From the NCBI GenBank assembly GCA_002633005.1, contig NMRA01000278.1:58843-108443 (forward strand): DNA of 49,601 nt. The letters are read 5' to 3'. This DNA is from Phoronis australis. Its lineage: Eukaryota; Animalia; Phoronida. This document shows, one piece after another, positions 39,301 to 49,104 of the stretch. The number at the start of each line of letters is the position of its first letter. Positions within the stretch are counted from its first letter, which is position 1. The notes under the pieces were generated by a model. The model was not told where the DNA came from, made no database searches, and saw only the letters and a program-made list of their open reading frames with translations. The position numbers were made by a program, and so were the translations under genes.

Positions 39301-41724
39301 GACAGCTGAAGTAGAATGATCGCCACTTTAGGTCTTGGAGGACGTGCCGTGAATGATTTACATATAGTGTACTAATTATCGGACGTACCGGCATATCGGA
39401 CATTACATAAAATTTTCGTTGAAGCATAATCTGAGAAGTAAATGACACAAGTTTTTCTTCCGCAGTAATGCATTCGATGTCCATCACTGTCTCGTTTATT
39501 ATCAAGGATCTATCCAGGATTTTGAGTTGGGGGCAGGGCAGAGTATTTACCAGGATATTGCCAGTCAGACATTCGCACCCCCGAACTGACAAATGGAAGC
39601 TGGGATAGTTTGGGGGTATGGCCCCCTTGGCCCCCTCTGAATCTGCCACTGATTATAGCGTTGCCTCGTTTTAATTTCACCGAGAGAGGGTGCAACTTAT
39701 ACCCCCAAATACGTCTAAAATGGACGATCGTATCAATTTGTAATAAAAGTTGAAAACAAAAAAATCTATTTCCACATTGAAATCATCTCAATGAACTGAC
39801 AATAAGTACTGTAACTGTTTCGTGTTTTCATTTCTTTTTAAACTCAAGTCAAACACCGGCTACGCATGTGCGTGTGTTGCATCAAGAAGGCAAAGAGATA
39901 CAGAAATGCTGAGAGATGTCACGTGCTTTAGTCGTCTGCAGTGTTTCATCGAAATAACTTTGTGCTTTCATCAGATTTCGTTTTGTCGATAATTTTGTTG
40001 CGAGTACAGTTGTGTTCTATATGTAGCAGCAAATACTGATATCAAAACACTCGAATTCCAACTTGGCGAAAAGGTGCCCGCGGGCATTACTTGGTTCACT
40101 AGTCAGTTTTCTGCGGTGTGCCTTATGGAGAAACGTGGTGTCCGATATTTAGGTTCTCCCAAGGTTTGCTAGTGGTGTTTTTTTGAAGATCAGTCAGAAC
40201 ATAATGTGTTTTTCGGTGACAAGATACAATAAAACATTAATACCGTAAAGGTAAGTCTTTAGTTCAGTAAAAAAAATCGAAAATCTGTAACATTTTCAAT
40301 TAAATGTAATGAAAAAGTGCCAAAACATCCGATAATTAGGTCACTTGACTGTACTGTATCAGAAGAGCTTTCGATTTCCGTGTCTAGCAGCACATTCCAT
40401 GATATTTCAATGCAAATGGCTTGTGAGTGTATCTTGTTTGTCAAATGTCATAACTGCAAATCGCTTCACACCCTCAAACACTTACGTATTATTTTGCTTC
40501 AAAGAACAAGCAGCCGTAACTCACTTGCGGCCATTTCAAGGCTTGTAGCTATTAGCCTATCCATGGAAGCACGTCCGGAACGAGTCGCTTCCTCATTGAG
40601 TATTTGCGTGAGCTCAGGCGATCTTTTAAAGAGCTGTCCTTGCACTACCTGTTGATGGAGGGTAAATAGTTCACGTTAGGACATTCTCTCACAGGAGGGG
40701 TTGGTAGGGAGGTGCTGTCAACTTTGCTGAGTGTTTTGTCCACTCATGTGCCGTCTCAGGCAGGTACTTGAAAAAGTGATGGCGGGAGAACGTTTTGTGC
40801 TGTCTCAAGGGAACATTCCCTTGGGAGCGGGGGTATTACATTTTTTTCTTGGTCTTTGGATTTTTAAAGTGTTGCACTACCCCTCACCCTTAGGGAAAAA
40901 CAGCCCTCGGGACGTGTCCAGAAATTTATTTTCTCTCAATGTTTTATCGTGTTACCTTAATGTTCAATACATTGACAGATTTCCACTGAAGTTACATAAA
41001 CATTTGACATTATTTCATACTGCCAGCTTGAACGCACTGTTTAAAGACAATGTGCACTAGTTGGCTTAGGGGTAATCAATGCGTGATTTTATTTAGAGCA
41101 AACACTTCTAGTGTGTTTTGGTGACTGTAGAACTACGAGGAAGCTATTGTCTAGAGGTTTTGTTTTATGGTAGTATGTTGTTTACAAGGCCAAAATGACA
41201 CACCTTATTTCATCATTGTTGACGTCACGTTTTCCCCATGGTTGTAAAGTGTTTGTTCAATGGCTAACTTAAAAACGACGCAATGCTTATCCTAGTGTCA
41301 TTAATGTCAATGAGTTCTTTGGCAGTACTGAATTTCGCTTGCAAAATCGTGTATAATTTTGATTAAATGACTATGTTTCGAGAATGACATTTGCTATACT
41401 GTTGATATGAAAGTTCGAACTTAGCCGCAAAATGCTGTGACATTAAGATAAATGCTTATCTTCGGTCTCACATTCCATCAAATATTGTTGAACAGTAGCC
41501 ATCGTGTGCAAAGGACTATCTTTGGATCTTCTGTGAGGGGAACGTACGAATCTTAGTCATTTTAATAGTAAAAAATCTTTCGTGATAACAGTAATGCCAT
41601 TATTAAAAGTAAGGGACTTTTTTGTATGTTAGTAAACCTGAAACTGTTAACCTCCCTTCACAGTCACACAGACACACAGGCACACAAAAAGACAAAAACA
41701 GTAAAAGCTACGATAAGCAACCAT
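3251..41724 (-). CDS. Multi-exon gene: secreted astacin-family (M12A) zinc metalloprotease with EGF-like module and >=9 C-terminal ShK domains (~760 aa visible, 3' end not reached)
   Basis: 14 exons were read on the minus strand with AG/GT boundaries. Phases join without stops from 40648 to 5888 and again from 4291 to 3505. Motifs seen: ELDMKLT prodomain, RRRLKR, WPDATMPY, HELGHAMGLHHEHSRPDRD, SVMHY, LYSC, an EGF-like Cys pattern and nine ShK Cys patterns. Two junctions need a non-first AG (see findings). Confidence 0.93.
4291..4432 (-). CDS. ShK domain 7 exon (CQNKLSVKRCEELVSYGNCITEAISMAKDCFRTCTRC); acceptor ambiguous (4432 or 4416)
   Basis: Clear six-Cys pattern in a frame the ORF track does not show. 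Donor G|GTACGG is phase 1. The best acceptor (ttttccattag) is out of phase with the previous exon. Confidence 0.82.
5888..6133 (-). CDS. ShK domains 5 and 6 exon (domain 5 has seven Cys)
   Basis: CLPLNEIECFERFRRGDCKKQSICMNYHCRWTCHQHMC and CENKHSDCEFWGKQGECHVNPSYMWDVCAKACKKYLC. 246 nt, phase 1-1, bounded by ccttttag and GTAAGT. Confidence 0.9.
8060..8340 (-). mobile_element. Penelope-like retroelement 3' remnant (GIY-YIG endonuclease C-terminus)
   Basis: EEDWFRRGVKEALHYHIESPSLNKQSGLIFHL matches the WFxRGVKEAI..PSLN..G pattern of PLE endonucleases. Confidence 0.8.
8771..9486 (-). mobile_element. Solo LTR (716 bp), family copy 1
   Basis: TGTCAG...CTGACA termini and 5-bp TSD CTCTT/CTTTT. AATAAA on the minus strand near 8865. 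Aligns along its length with 32497-33354. Confidence 0.85.
10274..15291. mobile_element. ~5-kb non-autonomous TIR DNA transposon, tentatively Academ-like by its YAGTCCAC termini
   Basis: Left end CAGTCCACG..AGCGGCAAGGTGGGGGTCAGCC. Right end reverse-complements to TAGTCCACG..AGCGGCAAGGTGGGGGTCAGCC (22-bp exact inner match). No clean TSD (GTAT/GCAC). The superfamily is from recollection of termini, not a search. Confidence 0.8.
11920..12450 (+). pseudogene. Decayed coding segment inside the TIR element
   Basis: EDMSKRICSLRNESGEKVFAKDYWLIPQQVQSNLLR resembles the ..MR..R...G...F....WL...QI.S.FSR motif of uncharacterised invertebrate transposon-derived proteins. Stops and frameshifts flank it. 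Confidence 0.55.
15996..16071 (-). other. tRNA-derived sequence (SINE head or tRNA pseudogene)
   Basis: A box TGGTGTAGTGG and B box GGTTCGACTCC at tRNA-like spacing. Anticodon and acceptor stems do not pair. Confidence 0.65.
16617..16779. mobile_element. Fold-back (fully palindromic) MITE, ~163 bp
   Basis: Arms of about 70 bp, ATAGATTATTACATG..TTATCTAGAGCCC..GTGGATTTTGGAGAATTAT, and its reverse complement, in a TA context. Confidence 0.9.
17942..18202 (-). CDS. ShK domains 3 and 4 exon (domain 4 lacks its sixth Cys: CQLACEMF)
   Basis: Two ShK patterns within ORF 17931..18368. 261 nt, phase 1-1, bounded by attatag and GTAAGT. Confidence 0.92.
20989..21123 (-). CDS. ShK domain 2 exon (CSNPLGDEECRYLAYDYYCNINPVYMLVYCPHACGWC)
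   Basis: Six-Cys ShK pattern. 135 nt, phase 1-1, bounded by ttttcag and GTGAGA. Confidence 0.93.
21465..21617 (-). CDS. ShK domain 1 exon (CKNRYRNEMECEKWARENQCQINPIFMIPNCMKSCKRC)
   Basis: Six-Cys ShK pattern with WA..C..NP..M..C..SC..C. 153 nt, phase 1-1, canonical splice sites. Confidence 0.93.
22649..22771 (-). CDS. EGF-like module exon (KHCNRLPRCTDGGFVDKTCQCLCPDGNRNCQVGGRKGERVT)
   Basis: CxxGGFxxxxCxCxCPDG pattern typical just after astacin domains. 123 nt, phase 1 to 1, bounded by tttttag and GTAAGT. Confidence 0.92.
24172..26273. mobile_element. 2.1-kb non-autonomous DNA transposon with 8-bp TSD (P- or hAT-type)
   Basis: CAAT...ATTG termini and perfect TSD GTGAGAGC (24164-24171 and 26274-26281). 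Subterminal inverted motif GGTCCGCCAT[C/A]TTG.TG.TGAAC at about 24223 and 26185. Confidence 0.8.
26495..26600 (+). repeat. Dispersed repeat fragment (TGTTACATTTTACG family), copy A
   Basis: TTACGTCGAATGCACATG.GAGAAATGT is shared with 28470-28865 (inverted) and 49105-49392. Confidence 0.75.
26781..27025. mobile_element. ~245-bp MITE, PIF/Harbinger-like by 3-bp TSD
   Basis: Imperfect TIR AGTCCCGTTCCGAAAACTGAC versus reverse-complement AGCGCATTCCAACAAACTGAC, with CTG on both flanks. Confidence 0.55.
27178..27308. repeat. (TAT/TAC/CAT)n microsatellite, possibly the 3' tail of a decayed minus-strand LINE
   Basis: The trinucleotide run is seen directly. The LINE origin of the adjacent sequence is only inferred. 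Confidence 0.8.
28470..28865 (-). repeat. Dispersed repeat (TGTTACATTTTACG family), copy B
   Basis: The reverse complement aligns with 49105-49392, for example GTTACATTTTACGAAAGCGACGTCATATTTCATGAGTTTG and TTTATAGATGTGTCCCTA. Confidence 0.85.
29204..29354 (-). CDS. End of astacin catalytic domain (AFGIVDPN...TLSFFDIKEINILYSCN)
   Basis: Carries the LSxxDIxxINxLYxC motif. 151 nt, phase 0 to 1, bounded by acacag and GTGAGT. Confidence 0.95.
30306..30506 (-). CDS. Astacin zinc-binding and Met-turn exon (FGLYLHELGHAMGLHHEHSRPDRD...YDTASVMHYSKR)
   Basis: HExxHxxGxxHE signature and SxMHY Met-turn. 201 nt, phase 0 to 0, bounded by ttag and GTAAGG. Confidence 0.97.
31504..31703 (-). CDS. Astacin catalytic domain exon (TDRDDAKILRMAMSEWEAYTCFKFKP...GCVSAHGF...IGLSEEGCRF)
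   Basis: Acceptor tttctttaag and donor |GTAAGT, 200 nt, phase 1 to 0. Carries AMxEWExxTCxxF and GCxSxxG motifs. Confidence 0.95.
32497..33354 (-). mobile_element. Solo LTR (858 bp), family copy 2
   Basis: TGTCA...TGACA termini and TSD GCAAT/ACAAT. Homologous to 8771-9486, with an extra segment at about 33030-33200 and the same internal ~60-bp tandem duplication. Confidence 0.85.
33780..34215 (-). mobile_element. Decayed XPG/PIN-like domain of an Academ-type transposase
   Basis: Broken frames give PTYGTLKDYV..YLKESGVHL..DRYHDFSIKSVT and TYHEEADIIIVRH, matching the FDRY..SIK and HEEAD motifs. Confidence 0.65.
34215..36425 (-). mobile_element. Decayed Ty3/Gypsy pol (RT, RNase H, integrase order)
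   Basis: Fragments seen: HYTTFI, ASGDAYTRRFDEVVADI..KCVEDTLLW, MRSWFGLLNQV (RT), an RNase H-like segment at about 35600-35830, and FQRAVLQYRNTPDKNTKLSAA (integrase). Many stops and frameshifts. Confidence 0.88.
36720..36817 (-). CDS. Exon with furin-type activation site and mature N-terminus (LSHRRRLKR/ASATKGPALWPDATMPYTVEEFSW)
   Basis: Acceptor atattcag and donor A|GTAAGT, 98 nt, phase 2 to 1. Carries the astacin WPxxxxPY motif. The ORF track does not show this frame. Confidence 0.93.
36965..38270 (+). mobile_element. Kolobok-like DNA transposon deletion derivative with decayed THAP zinc finger
   Basis: Imperfect TIRs of about 140 bp (AAAATACGGTTC.TTGATTATCC.AGAC), right end CCT|TTAA and left flank ATAA. 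Internal FCVPGC..IHRFPKD..W..KH...DY (THAP) and KFSVDLTKLLELFRRCQVC. Confidence 0.8.
39052..39199 (-). CDS. Astacin prodomain exon with aspartate-switch-like motif (..SDFILAELDMKLTLEQMALLYP..)
   Basis: Acceptor ttttccattgcag and donor TT|GTAAGT, 148 nt, phase 1 to 2. ELDMxLTxxQ corresponds to the astacin FxGDI latency motif. Confidence 0.9.
39503..39651. mobile_element. Short MITE (CAGGGGCGGATCCAGG-type ends); related end at ~31280-31320
   Basis: ATCCAGGATTTTGAGTTGGGGGCAGGGCA matches the reverse complement of 31282-31320. The right end is GAATCTGCCACTG. Confidence 0.6.
40525..40648 (-). CDS. Astacin prodomain exon (VVQGQLFKRSPELTQILNEEATRSGRASMDRLIATSLEMAA)
   Basis: Acceptor ccatcaacag (alternative AG 4 nt downstream, start 40644) and donor A|GTGAGT. 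Phase 1 joins the next exon in frame. Carries an S-[IM]-D-x-L-I motif as seen in invertebrate astacin prodomains. Confidence 0.8.
41652..41724 (-). CDS. Putative first coding exon, signal peptide MVAYRSFYCFCLFVCLCVCVTVKG
   Basis: ATG followed by a basic residue, a hydrophobic core and a V-K-G cleavage-like motif. Donor GAG|GTTAAC is phase 1 and weak. It lies about 1 kb upstream of the prodomain exon. Confidence 0.55.
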
Positions 41725-44249
41725 TCATTGTATTATTTTTTTCTATTGCAGTGACATAAGAGTGTCGGTGAATAAATAATCTCAAATACAAAATATTCAT
41801 CATATCCTCCAGTCTCAATAGGCTTACTCAGTCACCTTATGACTGTTAAACCATAACATAATATGATGCACATACTCAAGATAAGTCTGAAAACTTTAGA
41901 CTTGTTTACAAACAAATAATTTCTTCTAACCTGCAAAGCGTCTTGAATGAATTTTTATTTTGGAATATTTGAGGTGGGACAGAACTCTGTATAAAATGGT
42001 CAAATATGAATATTATATTTTTCATAATCAAAGATGAAATGTACTTCATCATCAATTTGTTTTTATAAACACGACAAATTCGTGCATTCACAGGAACACC
42101 TCAACCTCCAATGGTAGAATATTTGCTCTCAAAAGAGCTATGATGGACCTCTGAGACAACGGCAGACATAATTACTTCTCTACACAATAGTCATTCTTAA
42201 CGGATCTATATTAGCGCAGTTTTGGTTTTTCTCAGTGATTATTTTTAACCATTTTAATTCTTCAAACTGGAAATTGAATGCTTTGAAGTTTTCGAAAAAA
42301 TCGCATTTCTTCATAATTGTACATGTAAATACTAAACTGTACCAATTGCTAGACTTCCGATGTTCAGGGTCACATAAAAGAGTTTTTTGCAATTCTGTTT
42401 TCATCCATTAGAAGTAAACTAATCCAAAACCTTAGCATATTTTCAAGTTGTTTGAATTTTAAGTTTCATGGAATGATTTAACTCACCACAGTGACCACAC
42501 ACAGAAATAGTGCCTGCCAGAATTCCTTGATAAACGATTTCATGTCCATTCGTGTGCCGTTATATATATGTAACGGACGACGCATTCCTGTTGATCCTCT
42601 TAGCATCCAGTCTTGTCTTGAACTCGAACTCATTTGACATATGAGTCTGCTGAATATCTCGAAAACGAGGCCATGTTGGTCCTTTGTATCATTCTAAGCG
42701 ACCTCAAGTGTGTGATGTGTAAGCCTTGGTACAAAGCTGTATACTAAATATACAGCTTTGCACCTATGTGGGTAAGAACTGGTAAGATAAACTCTGACAT
42801 AAAATTAGTGTCATTAAAAACCAAAGCCTTCCTTGAGTAAACCATATTATTTAACGGTGTTGGAAAAAATGGCGTTCTACCGTTATTCTTCTGCTAAAGC
42901 ACAGGCACTTGGGTTTATCGCAAATGACATATATAAGAAAACATAAAGGTTGGACACTCGAAATTTGTTTGCTCAGAATTTTCTACTCAAATGTGCATGG
43001 AACACCACGAAACTGAGCATCGGACAACTCTTAGAATACTTTCTTTCATTCCATCTCTTCAAGTTGCCTTCGAGTGGTGATTTGCCAAAAGAATGCCAAA
43101 ATCACAAATTCAAGGAAGTGATTCCGTGATGTCATGGCAGACAGTCTTCGCACATCCGGGTTTTTGACGGACGCTCCCGAGCTAAATCCGAAAGTCTAAT
43201 TTCGCGCGGCTTTCATCGTCAATCCCTCGACTACTTGATCGTGAGAAGCAGAGAGCACTTTATTGCCAAATAAATGTAATTACTCACATATTTGTGTCAA
43301 ATATAAATTATCCTGATACTGTATTGATATGCGAAGTTTTTGTGCGCTGTGATTTCTTATGAAGGTTTTACTTTTGGCCAAAACCATTGAGTTAACTCGT
43401 CGGCCACGCGCATTGCAATACTTGCACGGACTGCGTTTCCTGGCCGAGTGTGTGTTGTGCTTCAATCAAAAAAGTGCGTGATGTCAAGATGAGAAACAAG
43501 ATAAGCCAGTTTATATAATGAAATTCTAAGTTAAGGGCTAAAATGAGCCGTCGGTGGAATAAAGTTACAAATAATCATTAAAATACTAACTTTGACAGTC
43601 TCAATTAGTTGAGTTTTGGATTAGAATTATTGAATTTGAAATATAGGTTGCTTGCTCAAACTCGTTTCAAGTTTCACCTGCAACAGGGGTACAAGTTGAA
43701 GCACAACAGAAATCCGCCATGTTTTCTATCTCATGTCCTTAAAATCAGAGTTTTGAGATTGTTTTGGAAATTTCATCGCCAATTCACCACTCACGAAGAC
43801 AGTTAATGGGATCTAGGAAAGATAAGGCTTCGAAGGTTTATGCAACACCAGACTGGGGGAGGTGCACGCAGATTTTATTTGGATTTTGGACGGTTGAAGT
43901 TGGGAGCCTCGGCTTGGCAAGGTTTAAGTGTCCAACCTTTATGTTTTCTTATATATATTATTGAGTGACGTCATTTGCGATAAATCCAAGCGCCTGTGTG
44001 CTAAAGTTGTGGAGCGATCTTTCGGCGCCATGAAATATTGCGTCACCTGTTGGCCAGTTTCTTCTTTCGCCGATTCTTTAACCAACTGTTCTTCTTCCAC
44101 GTGGTTGCGTAGATGTCACAATGAATTATCGGAACTGGTTTCATATAGATACAAGTTTTTAGAATTTGATACCGAAAACCCGAATTTCAGAAAAAAAAAT
44201 GCCAAACTATCATCATCTCCCGAGAGATGTCGCAAAATTTAGGAAATGG

Positions 44250-44890
44250 CAAGTGCGCGTGTCACAAGCGTACTGTTTTCAAAACTATGAAATACATTTC
44301 CTTGAACCAACGCGGTGTCCTGGTGTGTGGCCGTTGCTGCACACCAGCAACTTCTTGGAGCCATAAGTGAGAGTTGGCAAAGCGGTGAGTACCAGTGCCA
44401 AAAGTCCATCCAGGGGATGTGGCTGACTACTGAAACAAAGGTACTACCTCTACCACTGCACCCGTACACCCTTAGCATAATATATAAGTACACCCTTAGC
44501 ATAATGTATAAGTAGCTATTGGTACAAGACAAATGCAGCATGACCAAAGCATTCGACCAAACAAAAATCATATAAATTGACCAAATTAAAGGGTATAATT
44601 GCCTATATCCTGACAATATATGTAAATGAGAGTGTTCATGGTGTCCAAAATGAATTAAGCATACCCAAAACTATAATATATGACACCAAGATCGCTAAAA
44701 TCGGTTGGGTAGATACTGATTTACAAGAAAAATCATTATCGCGAATACTGGATGTCGGCCATCTTGAATTTTCAGGTGTCTAGTCAGACAGATCTCTTAA
44801 GTATGCTATTATGAGTCATCATGGAAAATTTGGTGCTTGTATGATTATTTGCACGATTCTGGTGCGTATTTGCATTTATCTGCCAGCAAT
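44250..44890 (+). mobile_element. Possible Academ-like transposon 3' end remnant
   Basis: Terminal-like text AAATTTGGTGCTTGTATG..TGCACGATT..ATCTGCC and GGCCATCTTG motif. Recognised from memory only. Also contains a 24-bp tandem duplication at about 44464-44512. Confidence 0.35.
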
Positions 44891-47800
44891 TACAAAAGGC
44901 GGGTATTACGCAAGAAAATGACGTTCATTATAATTTTCCACTAAAACGGTTGTAACGGGCAAGGTGAGTGTCGTTTGATTCCCAGATTTTGCATGCATGT
45001 TGATACAGGTTTCACGGCGGGGTGACAAGCAGAACTACCCTGGCTGTGTGCAATTTCGGGGTCTATGGAAGAAAAACATACAGTGGTATCAAGCTGTATT
45101 TTGACAACAGTCTTTATACAGCTAGCTGGCTGGCTAGTGATGTGTATGCGTACTTCAATATTCCCGTCTTTTATCCAATGCTCGTTCGATAAGTCCAGTG
45201 CAATAAGGCCATGTGAAATTGTTTCCGCTTTGCACTCCCGGGACGACTACTTTAACAGAGCACCTTGGAATGGAAAGGTCAAAATGTTGATCAATAAGGA
45301 CTCGACGTAGTTAGCCGGTTTAATCATCAAATTGTCCCCAAAAAGTTTTAAGTTAATAGAATTGCAGCAGTATAAATACCACTCAACAGGTCCTGAACGT
45401 AACATCTGGTGCAGAACTACTAATTATCTGACATTTCTGTCTCAGTTTTATTTGCTAAATACATGTATTATCGTCAGCAACTCAGAGGCCGATTCCTCGG
45501 TAAACACAATTTTACATATTTTTGTTACTGAATTATTTTCAGGAAATATTACAAGTTCAATGTACACTAACCGTTGTTTTTATCTTTGGTGTTTCCTTTA
45601 AAGTAATTCCGCGATACGTAGGATAATGTCTCTTGGAACATTACTTCATGTACGCCATCTCTCGGTAGGTTTTGTGTATTTTCTGCTCTTGTTTTCTGTA
45701 TTTTTCTGCTCGAAGATTGCAATTTAATGTTACCTTCTTTGAATGACCTTGACGAGATACGAAAATAGATGCGCAATTGTACACGGCTATGTCCAAAACA
45801 AAGTAGTCTCATTCTACACTTTCACAGATCGGCGGTCTAATGCGAAAACGAGGCAAGCGGAAGAATCTCTCTGGTGGTATGGGGTATTGGAGTGTGCCGC
45901 TGTATTGCAATTCGTCAACTAAATGAACATTTTATTTTATAACTTCCCAAAGAACACGACCTTTAGTGGTAAGTAAATTTAAAAGATTTGCTGAGACCGT
46001 AGAAGCTTCTTCAAAGTGAGTTTTAATCGGATTTTAATTACTAGTTACATGAATGGCAAGTAACGAAATCATCACATTATCCCAAAATGCACTGCGAGTA
46101 ATTCAGTAAGTGCCATCTGAAAAACAACAGTCACTACGCAGCAAGGTGTTTCGTGTCACAATACGTGATGTTTGATCTATTGAACGATTCAATGGCATTA
46201 ATCTATATGATTACAAAATAGTTCTTGTTGCATTGTCCTGCTCTGAATGTTCCAAGCTGTGCATACAGACCTTTGCAGCTGCATCCATCATTACAGCATA
46301 TCAACACGATTATTCGATGCGGATCAGTCGGTAGAATTTCGGCCAATCTGAAAATCCACGCCAGTCGTGATCATGTCAGTACAAACGCACCTGCCAATTT
46401 CCATAACGGCCTTTTGAGCAGTTTGGCTTGTACAGAAGCTTGTTAGTTGCGGGGACATCCCAGATCCGCTAGCGGAACTTAACAACACGACGGAACTGTT
46501 TCGATTCGTTATTTATTGAACTTACATATTATAACACAATATGTCCGAGGTTGAAACCAGTAATAATTATTTTATTATTTTTGGCACTGTTTATTGCTCA
46601 TTGACAGACAATCTAAGCTATTATTTTTAAATTTTGACCCACGCTGTTTGAAGACGTTGAATTTGTTTACAATGTTGGAAAAATGTCACTCAAATGTCTA
46701 ACGAACATGCCCACACGCAGATGTACTAACGCGCGCGCTCACGCACGCGAAGAAAAAGTTGCACGCCTTTTCTGCTCCAAGAGTGTGCAATTGATCGCTT
46801 CAATTCAGTGGCTGACCCAGTACTGTTCGTCAACGACAGTTGTCCCATAGCCTGAAAGATTTGGGGTATGTTTGGTAAAAGACAACAGAAATTCTGTCAT
46901 AATCTACCGCTTCGCAATTATGGTAGGAAGGTTTATGCGTTACCAAATCGTAGTCTGAAAATGTTTTGTAGACATTACTTTGCCCACTAGGGGTTAGGTG
47001 TTTATTCTTAGAGATTTTGATTTTTGGCTCACGTCAGATTCATAGATGTTACTGATTGGAGAGTAAGAGCAAATTTCTGACTAATCGTGAAACATTCACC
47101 TTATGGGTTTATACATTAACAGTAACGTCAGACCATTCAGTATGACACTTCTTGCACCATGTAGTCGGAATTATTGTGATATTAAATCATGCTTGTGGTT
47201 ATGTAGTAACAGTCGAAAAGCGGTGGATACGGTTATATTTATTACACGTGAACTTCACAAGATTTTAACAACATTTACCATGCTTGAAACAATACAAATC
47301 TCTTCTACACTAATTTAACTATGCCATCTTACAGCTACGAGATCAAAACAATCTGAAACTTACCAAACTTTGAAATCAAGTAATGGCAAAATAGACGAAG
47401 GTTAATAAAAGTAATATGTGAAAATACTTCAAAATTTGCAGGGGCGTAAATAGCCACGCGCAAACCGTGTCACAAACTGTGATGTTAACAAAAGTTTTGC
47501 TAGTTTTTAGAAGTGAGACTATCACAATTGAGTTGTGCATTGCTTTTACAAGATTTTAAATAAGAGTCATTCAATAATTCTATAGCTCCATTTTTCAATT
47601 TTTGTCCACAACGTACATGCATATTTGCAAATTTGGTAGGTACGCACCTGTGTAGATTCATCTACTGCTCATTTAGTCTTAGAAGTATGTTTCTACATAC
47701 CCTATACAGTTCAGTATCACTGTCGGAAATGAACATAAAGGATAATGCGGAAAGAAGCTCTCTAAAAGTATGTTATGTGGTGTACAGGAATCGTCTCATC

Positions 47801-48004
47801 AGATTAAATACATTGACTCAGAACTTGGAACCTGGAATCAAACCTTTAGTCACTAATCAAATATTACGCATGTATTCGACATCCGTTGAAAGCATTTTGC
47901 ATTTGGCAAGCCCTCTTATCTAAACTACACTGTATGTACATCGAGCTGTAAATGACGACGTAATGAGAAAGAAACGACCCCGTTGATGTCTTTATCAAGC
48001 CCTT

Positions 48005-48156
48005 TCATTTTCGCACGACCACATTTCGGGAACGAGAACCACACGGTTTGCAGAAATTACACGTGGCGGCACAATAATACTCCATCCCTTCCCTGCGCAT
48101 CACATTTCGGCATTGATCAATGAATGAAGCGCAGTTTTGCAGTCGATCTTTGCACG
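48005..48156 (-). CDS. Terminal exon of a second, upstream ShK-domain gene (CKDRLQNCASFIDQCRNVMRREGMEYYCAATCNFCKPCGSRSRNVVVRK*)
   Basis: Acceptor gttgcattacag, phase 1, six-Cys ShK pattern and TGA stop at 48005-48007. The rest of the gene lies beyond the window. Confidence 0.85.
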
Positions 48157-49104
48157 CTGTAATGCAACAGGATGTTACTGGTAACTTTTCAACTCTTCGT
48201 TTGTCATTACGCCAATCGAGCAACAGATTTGTCAACTCACGTACTAGAGTTTTACTGACATACCTGGTATAGCCACGCCTACAGTTGTTTATTGCAACCC
48301 CGAAACTCATGACTTTTCCCATTCATTGAAACATGACACCCATTTAAAAGTCACGCCAATACAAAATATCCCCTCTGTGCCACTCACTTCAGCCCAATCG
48401 CCGGTAGATGGTGACTATCGCCTCGATCTGCCTGCGAACAGTGAAGGTCACATAAGCTCTCGATACACCGAAAGCTTTTCAGCGAATTATGGCTAACAGT
48501 AATTAAAACATCAAAATTGCGTTGCTATAAATACTTTTTGTACGTAGAGTGACCCCTTAGGAGTCCGCCGATGTCTTTAACTCCTTCCAACTAAAACAAA
48601 TATTACGTAATCAAACTTTTTTCGAGCATTTCGTCGTTGAGTTGCCCAAATCTGCAATTGGCCATTTTTGCACTGCGACGTCATATCTCCCGACGCACAC
48701 AGTGTAAAAAGGGCCAGTTGTCGATTTGGGCATCGATGTGTTTTAATAAGCGTGACGCTTAATTTGCCGAATTTTTTCCTGTAGGAGCTTCAGAGACTTG
48801 AAGGCCGGTCGAAACGATGGTCATTGTCTGGACCGACAAGTTTGCGAGTGCCCCTTACCCGTCCTTTACGTATTCCTACTCCAGTACGCTCTTGGCTCTG
48901 TGGGCTGGGCAGTAACTACTGTATCAGCAAAAACAATACGAAAGTAAGTTGTCAGCGAATTATACTCCCACGCCTAGAATTCTGAAACGCGATACAATGA
49001 AGGTTTCAACATCCTAACACTTAGCTACTGCCTACTGTTCCGCGTTGCAAGATTAAGGGAGAGGTTTGGTGCAAAGCAACTACTTCATAAGTAGGCCTTG
49101 ATAT

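Noticed and set aside
39200-39326. ORF-track N-terminus MAIILLQLSC.. as the signal peptide
   Set aside because: It starts at GTG and lies upstream of a strong acceptor at 39200. The 40525 exon splices in frame instead.
41900-47950. Numerous 60-125 aa ORFs in the intergenic region
   Set aside because: No recognisable domains or coherent splice chains. Lengths are as expected by chance, and many use non-ATG starts.
48778-48825. Third hammerhead-like motif (..GTCGAAACGATGG)
   Set aside because: The catalytic CUGANGA box and stems are too degenerate to support.
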